DNA of 43,576 nucleotides from a bacterium (GTDB lineage Bacteria > Krumholzibacteriota > Krumholzibacteriia > LZORAL124-64-63). A model generated the notes under the pieces. The model was not told the origin of the DNA. It was given only the letters and a program-made list of their open reading frames with translations, and searched no databases. Positions 27,101-36,317 of the stretch are shown here, one piece after another. Position 1 is the first letter of the stretch; each line of letters starts with the position of its first letter. Position numbers and translations under genes: made by a program. The stretch spans positions 1 through 43,576 of the forward strand of contig JANOEP010000006.1 in the NCBI GenBank assembly GCA_031441465.1, given 5' to 3'.

Positions 27101-27969
27101 TCCAGGAGGAGCAGGCGCGGGCCCTGCTGGAGGACTCCCGCGGGAAGCTCGAGGAACTCGGGGCGGTCAACCACCTGGCCGTGGAGGAGTACGAGCAGAA
27201 GCACGGGCGGCTGACCTTCCTCGAGGAGCAGGTCGCGGACGTGGAGGCCGCCCGCAAGGACCTCGCCCAGACCATCGACAAGATCAACCGCACGGCGCGC
27301 AAGCTCTTCCAGGAGACGTTCGAGGAGATCCGCCGCAACTACGTGGCCGTGTTCCAGACCCTGTTCGAGGGCGGCCGCGCCGATCTCGAACTGGAGCAGA
27401 CGGACGATCCCCTGGAGTCGAACATCAACATCGTGGCCCAGCCGCGCGGCAAGCGCGTCGACCACATCCGGCTGCTCTCGGGCGGCGAGCGCTGCCTGAC
27501 GGCGCTGTCGCTGCTGTTCGCGGTCTACCTGGTCAAGCCGTCGCCCTTCTGCCTGCTGGACGAGGCCGACGCGCCGCTGGACGATGCGAACGTGCAGCGC
27601 TTCGTGCGCCTGCTGCGCGAGTTCTCCGCGAAGACCCAGTTCCTGGTCGTCACGCACAACAAGCTGACGATGGAGACCGCGAACCACCTCTACGGCGTGA
27701 CGATGATGGAGGAGGGCGTCAGCAGCCTCGTCTCGGTCAGCTTCCGCGACGTCGCCGAGGCCGGCAACGACGCCGACCTGGGCCAGGTGATCGCGGCGCG
27801 CCGTCGCCAGATCGACGAGACCGCCGAAGAGCGCGCGGTGCTGGCGGCGGCGCCGGAAACCGCCGTCACCGCGAGCCGGTTCGTGCTGGACGCGGGGGAC
27901 GACGCCGAGGACGCGACGGAGGCGGACCGGCCCGCGCCGGACTCCCGCCTCGCCCTGGAGGCGGAGTAG
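24184..27969 (+). CDS. smc: Chromosome partition protein SMC
   Basis: GFKSF, [21 protein letters not shown], coiled coils, hinge, [16 protein letters not shown], VVTH. Confidence 0.98.
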   Translation: [1261 protein letters not shown]

Positions 27970-29028
27970 ATGTTCGGCGCCATCAACCGCCTGCGGCAGG
28001 GACTGCGCAAGACGCGCGACAGCCTCGTCGGCCGGCTCGGGGAGCTGTTCGCCGGCAAGGTGCGCCTGGACGCCGCGACCCTCGATGAGATCGAGGCGCT
28101 GCTGATCTCGGCGGACCTCGGCGTCAAGGCCAGCACGCGCATCGTCCAGTCCATCGAGAAGCGCCTGAAGGAGACCGGCGGCGAGGCCTCGCTGGAGGGC
28201 GTCACCCAGGTCATCCGGTCGGACATCGCCGCGATCCTGCGCGAGGCGACGCCCCGCGTGAAGGTGCGCAGCTGGGACGAGGCCGGCGAGACGCCGGTGC
28301 GCGGCCGCAAGGCCCGGGCGGCCAAATCAGCGCCGGAGAAGCCGGCATCCCCGTCGGCGGCCGGCACGACTCCGACCGGACCCCGGGTCATTTTCGTGGT
28401 CGGCGTCAACGGCACGGGCAAGACCACCAGCATCGCCAAGCTGGCCTACATGTTCCAGCAGGAGGGCCACCACGTGCTGCTCGCGGCGGGCGACACCTTC
28501 CGCGCCGCCGCCGTGGAGCAGCTGCGCATCTGGGCCGACCGGATCGGCGTCGATTTCGTGACCCAGGGCCAGGGGGCCGACGCCGCGGCCGTGGTCCACG
28601 ACGCGCTCTCGGCGGCCGATGCCCGCGGCCACGATATCGTCATCGTCGACACCGCGGGCCGCCTGCACACCAAGTCCAACCTGATGGACGAGCTGGGCAA
28701 GGTCGCCCGCGTCATCCGCCGCAAGAGCGGCCGCGACCCCGAGACCCTGCTGGTGGTCGACGCCAACACGGGCCAGAACGGTTTGCAGCAGGCGAAGATC
28801 TTCGCCGAGACGGTGCCCGTCGACGGGCTGATCCTCACCAAGCTCGACGGCACGGCCAAGGGCGGGATCGTGGTCGCGATCGCCGAGACCCTCGGCTTGC
28901 CGGTCAAGTACGTCGGCCTCGGGGAGAAGCTCGGCGACCTGGAGGTCTTCGACCCCGCGACGTTCGCCGAAGCCCTGTTCACCCTGTCCGAACCCGAGGG
29001 TGAGGGAGCCGGCGCCGGCCGGCCTTGA
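27970..29028 (+). CDS. ftsY: Signal recognition particle receptor
   Basis: GLRKTR, GVNGTGKTTSIAKLA, DTFRAAA, DTAGR, GQNG, TKLDGTAKGG. Confidence 0.98.
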   Translation: MFGAINRLRQGLRKTRDSLVGRLGELFAGKVRLDAATLDEIEALLISADLGVKASTRIVQSIEKRLKETGGEASLEGVTQVIRSDIAAILREATPRVKVRSWDEAGETPVRGRKARAAKSAPEKPASPSAAGTTPTGPRVIFVVGVNGTGKTTSIAKLAYMFQQEGHHVLLAAGDTFRAAAVEQLRIWADRIGVDFVTQGQGADAAAVVHDALSAADARGHDIVIVDTAGRLHTKSNLMDELGKVARVIRRKSGRDPETLLVVDANTGQNGLQQAKIFAETVPVDGLILTKLDGTAKGGIVVAIAETLGLPVKYVGLGEKLGDLEVFDPATFAEALFTLSEPEGEGAGAGRP

Positions 29029-29054
29029 CACGGGTCCGGGCCCCGCATTAGCTT
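29025..29054 (+). promoter_or_regulatory. Putative rib operon promoter overlapping the ftsY stop
   Basis: TTGACA(29025-29030)-18 nt-TAGCTT(29049-29054). Confidence 0.5.
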
Positions 29055-29092
29055 GTACGGGCGGCCCTTGGGTCGCGACATTCACCGCGAAT

Positions 29093-29223
29093 CTCAACTT
29101 CGGGGCGGGGTGGAATTCCCCACCGGCGGTCACAGCCCGCGACCCGGCGGCGCACCCTGCGCGGCCGGCTGATCCGGTGGAACTCCGGGGCCGACAGTCA
29201 CAGTCTGGATGGGAGAAGTTGGG
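29093..29223 (+). ncRNA. FMN riboswitch (RFN element)
   Basis: CTTCGGGGCGGGGTGGAATTCCCCACCGGCGGT..AGCCCGCGA…GATCCGGTGGAACTCCGGGGCCGACAGT..AGTCTGGATGGGAGAAG; P1 CTCAACTTC/GAAGTTGGG; upstream of ribD. Confidence 0.97.
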
Positions 29224-29296
29224 TCCGGCGCGCCCGTTACTGCGGGCGGCCCCTGCCTGCCTGCCTCCCGCTTCCCGAACAGCCGTGTTCAGGACC

Positions 29297-30439
29297 ATGG
29301 CACACAACCGCAGCGACACCGAATTCATGGCCGAGGCGCACCGCGTCGCGCAGCGCCTGCCGCGCCGTCCCTGGCCCAACCCGCCGGTGGGCGCGGTCGT
29401 GGTGCGCGACGGCGTGATCGTGGGCCGCGGCGCGCATCACGGCCCCGGCTCCGATCACGCCGAGATCGTCGCGTTGCGCGAGGCCGGGGACGCGGCCCGG
29501 GGCGCGACCCTCTACGTGACCCTCGAGCCCTGCAACCACCAGGGGCGGACACCGCCCTGCGCGCCGCGCGTGGCCGACAGCGGCGTGGCCCTGGTCGTCG
29601 CGGGCGCCCGCGATCCGAACCCGCGCGTGGCGGGCGGCGGCCTCGACCTGCTGCGCGCGGCGGGGATCGGCGTCACGCTCGGCGTGCTCGGACGCGGCTG
29701 CCTGGAACTGATCTGGCCCTACGTCGTGACGGACGCCTTCAGCCGGCCCTTCGTCACGCTCAAGACCGCGACCACGCTGGACGGTCGCTTCGCGCCGCCG
29801 GGCGCGCCCGAGGGATCGCCGGTCTACTTCACCGGCGCGGAATCGCTGCAGGAGACGGCGCGGCTGCGCCGCTGGCACGACCTGGTGCTGGTGGGCGCGA
29901 ACACCGTGCGCTGCGATCGGCCGCGTCTGGACGGCCGCCGTGCCGGTGCGGCCGTGCTGTGCCCCGAAGCCGAGCCCCTGCCGGCCTGCGCCGACGGCGA
30001 TCTCGCCGAGGCGGTGGGCTGGCGCACGGGGTCCCACCTGGTCTTCACGTCCGGCGCGGCCGATCCCGAGCGCGAGCGCGTGCTGCGCGAGGCCGGCGCG
30101 GACGTCGTGCGTTGCCGGGACGACGGCGGTCGGCTCGATCCCGCGGACCTGCTCGCGCAGGCGGCGGCGCGGGGCGGCTGGACGGTCATGCTCGAGGGCG
30201 GCCCCGCCCTCGCTGCGTCGTTCCTGGCCGCGGGGCTGGTCGACCGCTGGGTGCAGTTCGTGGCGCCGTCGCTGGCCGGCGGCGGTCCCCGCTGGGCGGA
30301 CCGCGAGTTCCCGCCGGCGACGCGGGACTTCAGCCTGACGCGCGCGGTGCGTTCCGGCGGCGACGCCTGCCTGACCTGGGACCGCACGGATTTCGCGCGA
30401 CGACGCGCGGCCCTCTGCGGGGGAAGGGAAGGGGACTGA
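29297..30439 (+). CDS. ribD: Riboflavin biosynthesis deaminase/reductase
   Basis: PNPPVGAVVV, HAE, TLEPCNHQGRTPPC, TLDG, VGANTV..D.P, EGGP. Confidence 0.95.
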   Translation: MAHNRSDTEFMAEAHRVAQRLPRRPWPNPPVGAVVVRDGVIVGRGAHHGPGSDHAEIVALREAGDAARGATLYVTLEPCNHQGRTPPCAPRVADSGVALVVAGARDPNPRVAGGGLDLLRAAGIGVTLGVLGRGCLELIWPYVVTDAFSRPFVTLKTATTLDGRFAPPGAPEGSPVYFTGAESLQETARLRRWHDLVLVGANTVRCDRPRLDGRRAGAAVLCPEAEPLPACADGDLAEAVGWRTGSHLVFTSGAADPERERVLREAGADVVRCRDDGGRLDPADLLAQAAARGGWTVMLEGGPALAASFLAAGLVDRWVQFVAPSLAGGGPRWADREFPPATRDFSLTRAVRSGGDACLTWDRTDFARRRAALCGGREGD

Positions 30440-30440
30440 C

Positions 30441-31105
30441 GTGTTCACCGGTCTGGTGCGTGAAATCGGCGCCGTGACGGCCGTGGCCGCGCGCGGCGGC
30501 GTCACCGTCCTGACCCTGCGCGCGCCCGTGTGCGCCCCGAACCTCGCCCGCGGCGACAGCCTGGCCGTCGACGGGATCTGCCTGACGGTCACTTCCGAAC
30601 CCACGGCCGGGCGGGGGCCGCTGGTCACGGTCGAGGCGGTCGCCGAGACGCGCCGCAGCACGACGCTCGACACCTGGCGCCCCGGCCGCCTGGTCCACCT
30701 GGAACCCGCCCTGCGGGCCGGCGATTCCCTGGGCGGCCATCTCGTGCTCGGCCACGTCGACGGCGTCGGCAGGGTGCTGCGCCTGTCCCGCACGGGCGCC
30801 GCCGCGAGCCTGACCGTCCAGCCGCCGCCGGGCTTGGCGCGCTGGCTGCTGCCCAAGGGTTCGATCGCGGTCGACGGCGTGAGCTTGACCCTGGACGCCG
30901 GACCGGGCGAGGCGGCCTTCACGGTCAGCCTGATCCCCCAGTCCCTGGGCGCGACGCGCCTGGGCGACCTCTCGGCGGGCGACCGGGTCAACCTCGAGGC
31001 CGACGTGCTCGCCAAGGGGGCCGCGGCGCGGCCCGCGGCGACGGGCCGGCTCACCTACGAACGCATCCTGGCCAGCGGTTTCCGCCGCAGTCGTGGAGGA
31101 CAGCG

Positions 31106-31109
<4 letters not shown>
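30441..31109 (+). CDS. ribE: Riboflavin synthase (alpha chain)
   Basis: [49 protein letters not shown]. Confidence 0.97.
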
Positions 31110-32374
<1,265 letters not shown>

Positions 32375-32385
32375 AGGAGGAAACC

Positions 32386-32862
32386 ATGGGCAAGACTTAC
32401 GCGGGGAATTTCCACGCCGGCGAGCAGCGCCTGGTCATCGTCGCCAGCCGCTTCAACGATTTCCTGGTCCGGGAGCTGCTCGACGGCGCCCAGGACTGCC
32501 TGACCCGCCACGGGGTCGACCCCGAACGCGTCGACGTGGCCTGGGTGCCCGGCAGCTTCGAGATCCCGCTGGCCGCGGCGAAGCTCGCCGACAGCGGGCG
32601 CTACGCCGCGATCATCTGCCTGGGCTGCCTGATCCAGGGCGACACGCCGCACTTCTCCTACATCGCCGCCGAGGTCACCAAGGGGATCGCCCAGGTGGCG
32701 CTCGACACCGGCATCCCGGTGTCCTTCGGCATCATCACGGCCGACACCCTCGACCAGGCCATCGAGCGGGCCGGCACCAAGGCCGGCAACAAGGGCTTCG
32801 ACGCGGCGCTGTCCGCGCTCGAGATGATCGACCTCTGGCGCGCGATCGACGAAGGGTCGTGA
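32386..32862 (+). CDS. ribH: 6,7-dimethyl-8-ribityllumazine synthase
   Basis: [32 protein letters not shown]. Confidence 0.98.
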   Translation: MGKTYAGNFHAGEQRLVIVASRFNDFLVRELLDGAQDCLTRHGVDPERVDVAWVPGSFEIPLAAAKLADSGRYAAIICLGCLIQGDTPHFSYIAAEVTKGIAQVALDTGIPVSFGIITADTLDQAIERAGTKAGNKGFDAALSALEMIDLWRAIDEGS

Positions 32863-32863
32863 C

Positions 32864-33313
32864 GTGGGCAAGCGACGCAAGGGACGGGAACTGCTCGTGC
32901 AGGCCCTCTACGCGGCCGCCCTCAGCGGCCAGGATCTGCAGGTCTGCGTGGACGACCAGCTGGAACGGCGCGACGCGCCCGCCGACACGGCGGATTTCGT
33001 GCGCCCGCTCGCCGCGCGGATCGCGCAACACCGGGCGGGCCTCGACGCCATCCTGAACGGGCTCCTGCAGAACTGGGACCCCGAGCGCGTCGGCCAGGTG
33101 GAGCGCGCGATCTGCCGGCTGGCGCTGGCCGAACTGCGCTTCTGCCCCGACGTGCCGGTCAGGGTGGTGATCAACGAGGCCTGCGAGCTGGCGCGGTTGT
33201 ACTGCGGGGACGAGGCGGTGGGCTTCATCAACGGCCTGCTCGACCGCGCGGCGCGGGACCTCGCGACCGCCGCGCGCGGCGATGCGGGCGCCGGCGGGGG
33301 AGGCCCGCCGTGA
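32864..33313 (+). CDS. nusB: Transcription antitermination factor NusB
   Basis: RRKGRELLVQALY, NW..ER...VERAI.R, VPVRVVINEA.ELA, FINGLLD. Confidence 0.95.
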   Translation: MGKRRKGRELLVQALYAAALSGQDLQVCVDDQLERRDAPADTADFVRPLAARIAQHRAGLDAILNGLLQNWDPERVGQVERAICRLALAELRFCPDVPVRVVINEACELARLYCGDEAVGFINGLLDRAARDLATAARGDAGAGGGGPP

Positions 33314-34104
33314 GGGTCTCGACCCGCCGCCACTGGCAGGATTTCTGGGACGAGGCGGACCGGCTCAGCCTCGACGACGTCTACGGCAACGACGGCCGCA
33401 TCGTGCGCGAGCTGTTCGCGCTGGGCGATCCCGCGGGCAAGCGGGTCCTTGAGGTGGGGGCCGGCAGCGGCCGCGACGCCGTGGCGCTGGCCCGCGCCGG
33501 CGCGGAGGTCTGGACGCTGGACTACGTGCCGGGGTCGCTGGCGCTGACCGCGCGGGCCGCCGTGCAGGCCGGCGTCCGCGTGCAGGCGGTCAACGGCGAC
33601 GCCCTGTGCAAACCCTTCGCCGACGGGACCTTCGACCTCGTCTACCACCAGGGTCTGCTCGAGCATTTTCGCGACCCGCTGCCCCTGCTGCGCGAGGATC
33701 TGCGCGTGCTCAAGCCGGGCGGCCGGCTGCTGGTCGACGTGCCCCAGACCTGGCACTACTACACCCTGGGCAAGCAGCTGCTGATCGCGCTGAACCGCTG
33801 GTTCGCGGGCTGGGAGACGCAGTACACGCCGGCCCAGCTCGAGGACGTCGTCCGGCGCGCCGGGGGCGCGGTGGTGCGCACCTACGGCGACTGGATGGTG
33901 CCCGGCCTCTGGTACCGCGCGCTGCGCAAGACGCTGCTGTCCCGCCTGGGCCTGCGGCTGCCGATGTACCCGGACCCGGTGCCGCCGCTCGGGCGGTTGC
34001 TGGCGCGCTGGCGGCAGCGGCACCAAGGCCGGCGCTGGGCCCTGCACACCGCGATGACCATCGGGGTGATCGCGCGCCGCGACGACGCGGGAGGCGCCGC
34101 GTGA
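33310..34104 (+). CDS. Class I SAM-dependent methyltransferase
   Basis: VLEVGAGSG, PFADGTFDLV, LLEHF, LKPGG. Confidence 0.9.
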   Translation: MRVSTRRHWQDFWDEADRLSLDDVYGNDGRIVRELFALGDPAGKRVLEVGAGSGRDAVALARAGAEVWTLDYVPGSLALTARAAVQAGVRVQAVNGDALCKPFADGTFDLVYHQGLLEHFRDPLPLLREDLRVLKPGGRLLVDVPQTWHYYTLGKQLLIALNRWFAGWETQYTPAQLEDVVRRAGGAVVRTYGDWMVPGLWYRALRKTLLSRLGLRLPMYPDPVPPLGRLLARWRQRHQGRRWALHTAMTIGVIARRDDAGGAA

Positions 34105-35225
34105 GGATCCTGGCGCTGAACTGGCGCGACATCGGCGACCCCCTGGGGGGCGGCGCCGAACTGCACCTGCACGAGATCCTCAAGGGGGCCGTGGCCGCGG
34201 GCCACGAGGTGGACCTGGTGGTGGCCGGTTATCGCGGCGCGCCGGCGCAGGCGACGCTCGACGGCGTGCGCGTGCACCGGCGCGGCCATTGGGCCGTGGC
34301 CAACTTCGTCCTGCCGGGCGTGTGCCGCCGCCTGCTGCGCGCGAACCGCTACGACCTGCTGGTCGAGGATATCAACAAGGTCCCCTTCTGCTCGCCGCTG
34401 TTCGCCGGCGGCGTGCCCGTGCTCGCGGTCGTGCCGCACCTGTTCGGCGCCACGGTCTTCCGCGAAGCCAACCCCCTGGTGGCGTCCTACGTCTGGGCCG
34501 CCGAACGCCTGCTGCCCTGGCTCTACCGCGGCCGGGATTTCGAGGTCATCAGCCCCTCGACCCGCGACGACCTCGTGGCCCGCGGCCTGGACGCCGCGCG
34601 GATCCGCACCGTGCACTGCGGCAACGACGCCGGGCGCCTGGAACTGCGCGACCCGCCCCCGCGCGATGATCCCCCCCTGCTGGTCTCGTGGAGCCGTCTG
34701 CGCCGCTACAAGAGCGTGGAGGTGGCGCTGCGCGCCTTCGCGCACGTGCGCCGCGAAATTCCGGGCGCCCGACTCGTCGTGATGGGCCGGGGGCCGGACG
34801 AACCCCGATTGCGCCGCGTCGCCGCCCGCCTGGGCCTCGGCGACGAGGTCGTGTTCGCCGGCTACCTCCCCGGCGCGGAACTGGCGGCGACCCTGCACCG
34901 GGCCCGCCTCTTCCTGAACCCCAGTCCCAAAGAGGGCTGGGGGCTGACCGTCATCGAAGCCGCCGCCTGCGGGCTGCCGACGGTGGCGAGCGACCGGCCC
35001 GGCCTGCGCGACTCGGTGCGTGACGGCGAGACGGGCCAGCTGGTCCCCTACGGCGACGACCGGGCCATGGCCGCCGCCGCCGTCGCCCTGCTGCGCGACG
35101 AGGCCCGCTGGCGCGCGATGAGCGGGGCCGCCCGCGCCTGGGCCGGCACGTTCAGCTGGGAGCGCTGCGTGCGCGAGTCCCTGGACGTGTTCGAAGACGT
35201 CGCCGCTCGCGGGGGCCGACCTTGA
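34101..35225 (+). CDS. Glycosyltransferase family 4
   Basis: ILALNWRD..P.GGGAE, SRL..YK, SPKEGWGLTVIEAAACG.P.VASD.PGL, FSW. Confidence 0.92.
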   Translation: MRILALNWRDIGDPLGGGAELHLHEILKGAVAAGHEVDLVVAGYRGAPAQATLDGVRVHRRGHWAVANFVLPGVCRRLLRANRYDLLVEDINKVPFCSPLFAGGVPVLAVVPHLFGATVFREANPLVASYVWAAERLLPWLYRGRDFEVISPSTRDDLVARGLDAARIRTVHCGNDAGRLELRDPPPRDDPPLLVSWSRLRRYKSVEVALRAFAHVRREIPGARLVVMGRGPDEPRLRRVAARLGLGDEVVFAGYLPGAELAATLHRARLFLNPSPKEGWGLTVIEAAACGLPTVASDRPGLRDSVRDGETGQLVPYGDDRAMAAAAVALLRDEARWRAMSGAARAWAGTFSWERCVRESLDVFEDVAARGGRP

Positions 35226-36199
35226 AGCGCCTCCGGCCGGCGACGATCCTGAAGACGGGGGTCAGCCTCGCCTTGGTGGTGTTCCTGTTCGCCTACCGCC
35301 CCCTGTCCTGGTCGACCCTGCGCGCGGCGGTGGCGGCCCCGGACTGGCCGTGGTTCGCCCTGTCGGGATTCGTCTTCGCCTTGTCGGCGGTGTGCGGCGC
35401 GCTGCAGTGGGCCTGGATCCTGCGCTGCTCGGGACTGCGGGTCTCGATCGGCGAGGCGGTCCGCTTGAGTTTCGTCGGGCTCTTCTTCAACAACTTCCTG
35501 CTGGGCAACGTGGGCGGCGACGCCTACAAGGTCGTCGACCTGGGCCGTCGCGAGGGGCGCACCGCCGCGGTGCTGGGGGCGACCCTGTTGGATCGGCTGC
35601 TGGGGTTGCTGGCGCTGACCGTGCTCGCGCTGCTGGCGGTCCCGACCGCGGCGGCGGCGGGCGTGCGCGTGCCGCCGACGCTCCCGCTGTGGCTGGCGCT
35701 GGTGGGCTGGAGCGGCGCGTTCGCCGTCCTGTTTTCCAGCCGCCTCTCGGCGCTGGCGGTCCGCGCCCTGGAGGCCGTGCGCTGGCGGCGGGCCGCCGCC
35801 GGCCTGGGCGCGATGCTGTTGGAGTTCCGGACTTATCGCGCCCGGAAGGGCTGGCTGGCGCGCTTGCTGGCGTGGTCCCTGCTCGTGCAGGCCATGCGCG
35901 TGGCGACGCACCTGCTGGTGGCGCTCGGCCTGGGGCTCGCCCTGGACGGGGGCCGCGTCCTGCAGCTGTGCGTGCTGGTGCCCCTGCTGGGCATCCTGGT
36001 CTCGTTGCCGGTGAGCATCAACGGGCTGGGCGTGCGCGAACTGGCCGCCGCGGAGCTGTTCGTGGCCGCCGGCGTGGTGCCCACCGAAGCCGACGCCGTG
36101 GCCATGGAGTTCCTGGCCTACGCCCTGATGGTCGCGGTCAGCCTGGTCGGCGGCGTGCTCTTCCTGACCGGCCCGCGCCGGCGTCACGACGACGCCTGA
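35222..36199 (+). CDS. Lysylphosphatidylglycerol-synthase TM / flippase-like (UPF0104) membrane protein
   Basis: GLFFNNFL.GNVGGD, DRLLG, LPVSINGLGVRE; multiple TM helices. Confidence 0.88.
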   Translation: MKRLRPATILKTGVSLALVVFLFAYRPLSWSTLRAAVAAPDWPWFALSGFVFALSAVCGALQWAWILRCSGLRVSIGEAVRLSFVGLFFNNFLLGNVGGDAYKVVDLGRREGRTAAVLGATLLDRLLGLLALTVLALLAVPTAAAAGVRVPPTLPLWLALVGWSGAFAVLFSSRLSALAVRALEAVRWRRAAAGLGAMLLEFRTYRARKGWLARLLAWSLLVQAMRVATHLLVALGLGLALDGGRVLQLCVLVPLLGILVSLPVSINGLGVRELAAAELFVAAGVVPTEADAVAMEFLAYALMVAVSLVGGVLFLTGPRRRHDDA

Positions 36200-36229
36200 C
36201 CCCTGCCGGCCGGCGCGGCGGGGGAGGGG

Positions 36230-36277
36230 AACCCCGCCCGGCGCGGGGTTGTTGCCCCGCGGACCGTGTGCTAGATT
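36230..36277 (+). promoter_or_regulatory. Hairpin followed by a putative promoter for the DUF2723 gene
   Basis: AACCCCGC/GCGGGGTT stem (36230-36250); TTGTTG(36249-36254)-17-TAGATT(36272-36277) with extended TG. Confidence 0.5.
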
Positions 36278-36317
36278 GGCCCGTCTTGGACGCCGGAACC
36301 CGAATCCGAGGAATTCC

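Noticed and set aside
23965..27687. 1240-aa antisense ORF and 1224-aa alternate-frame ORF over smc; similar long ORFs at 9574-11535(-), 18723-21344(+) and 40843-43563(-)
   Set aside because: Shadow ORFs expected from high GC and codon bias; no motifs, and each overlaps a clearly recognised gene.
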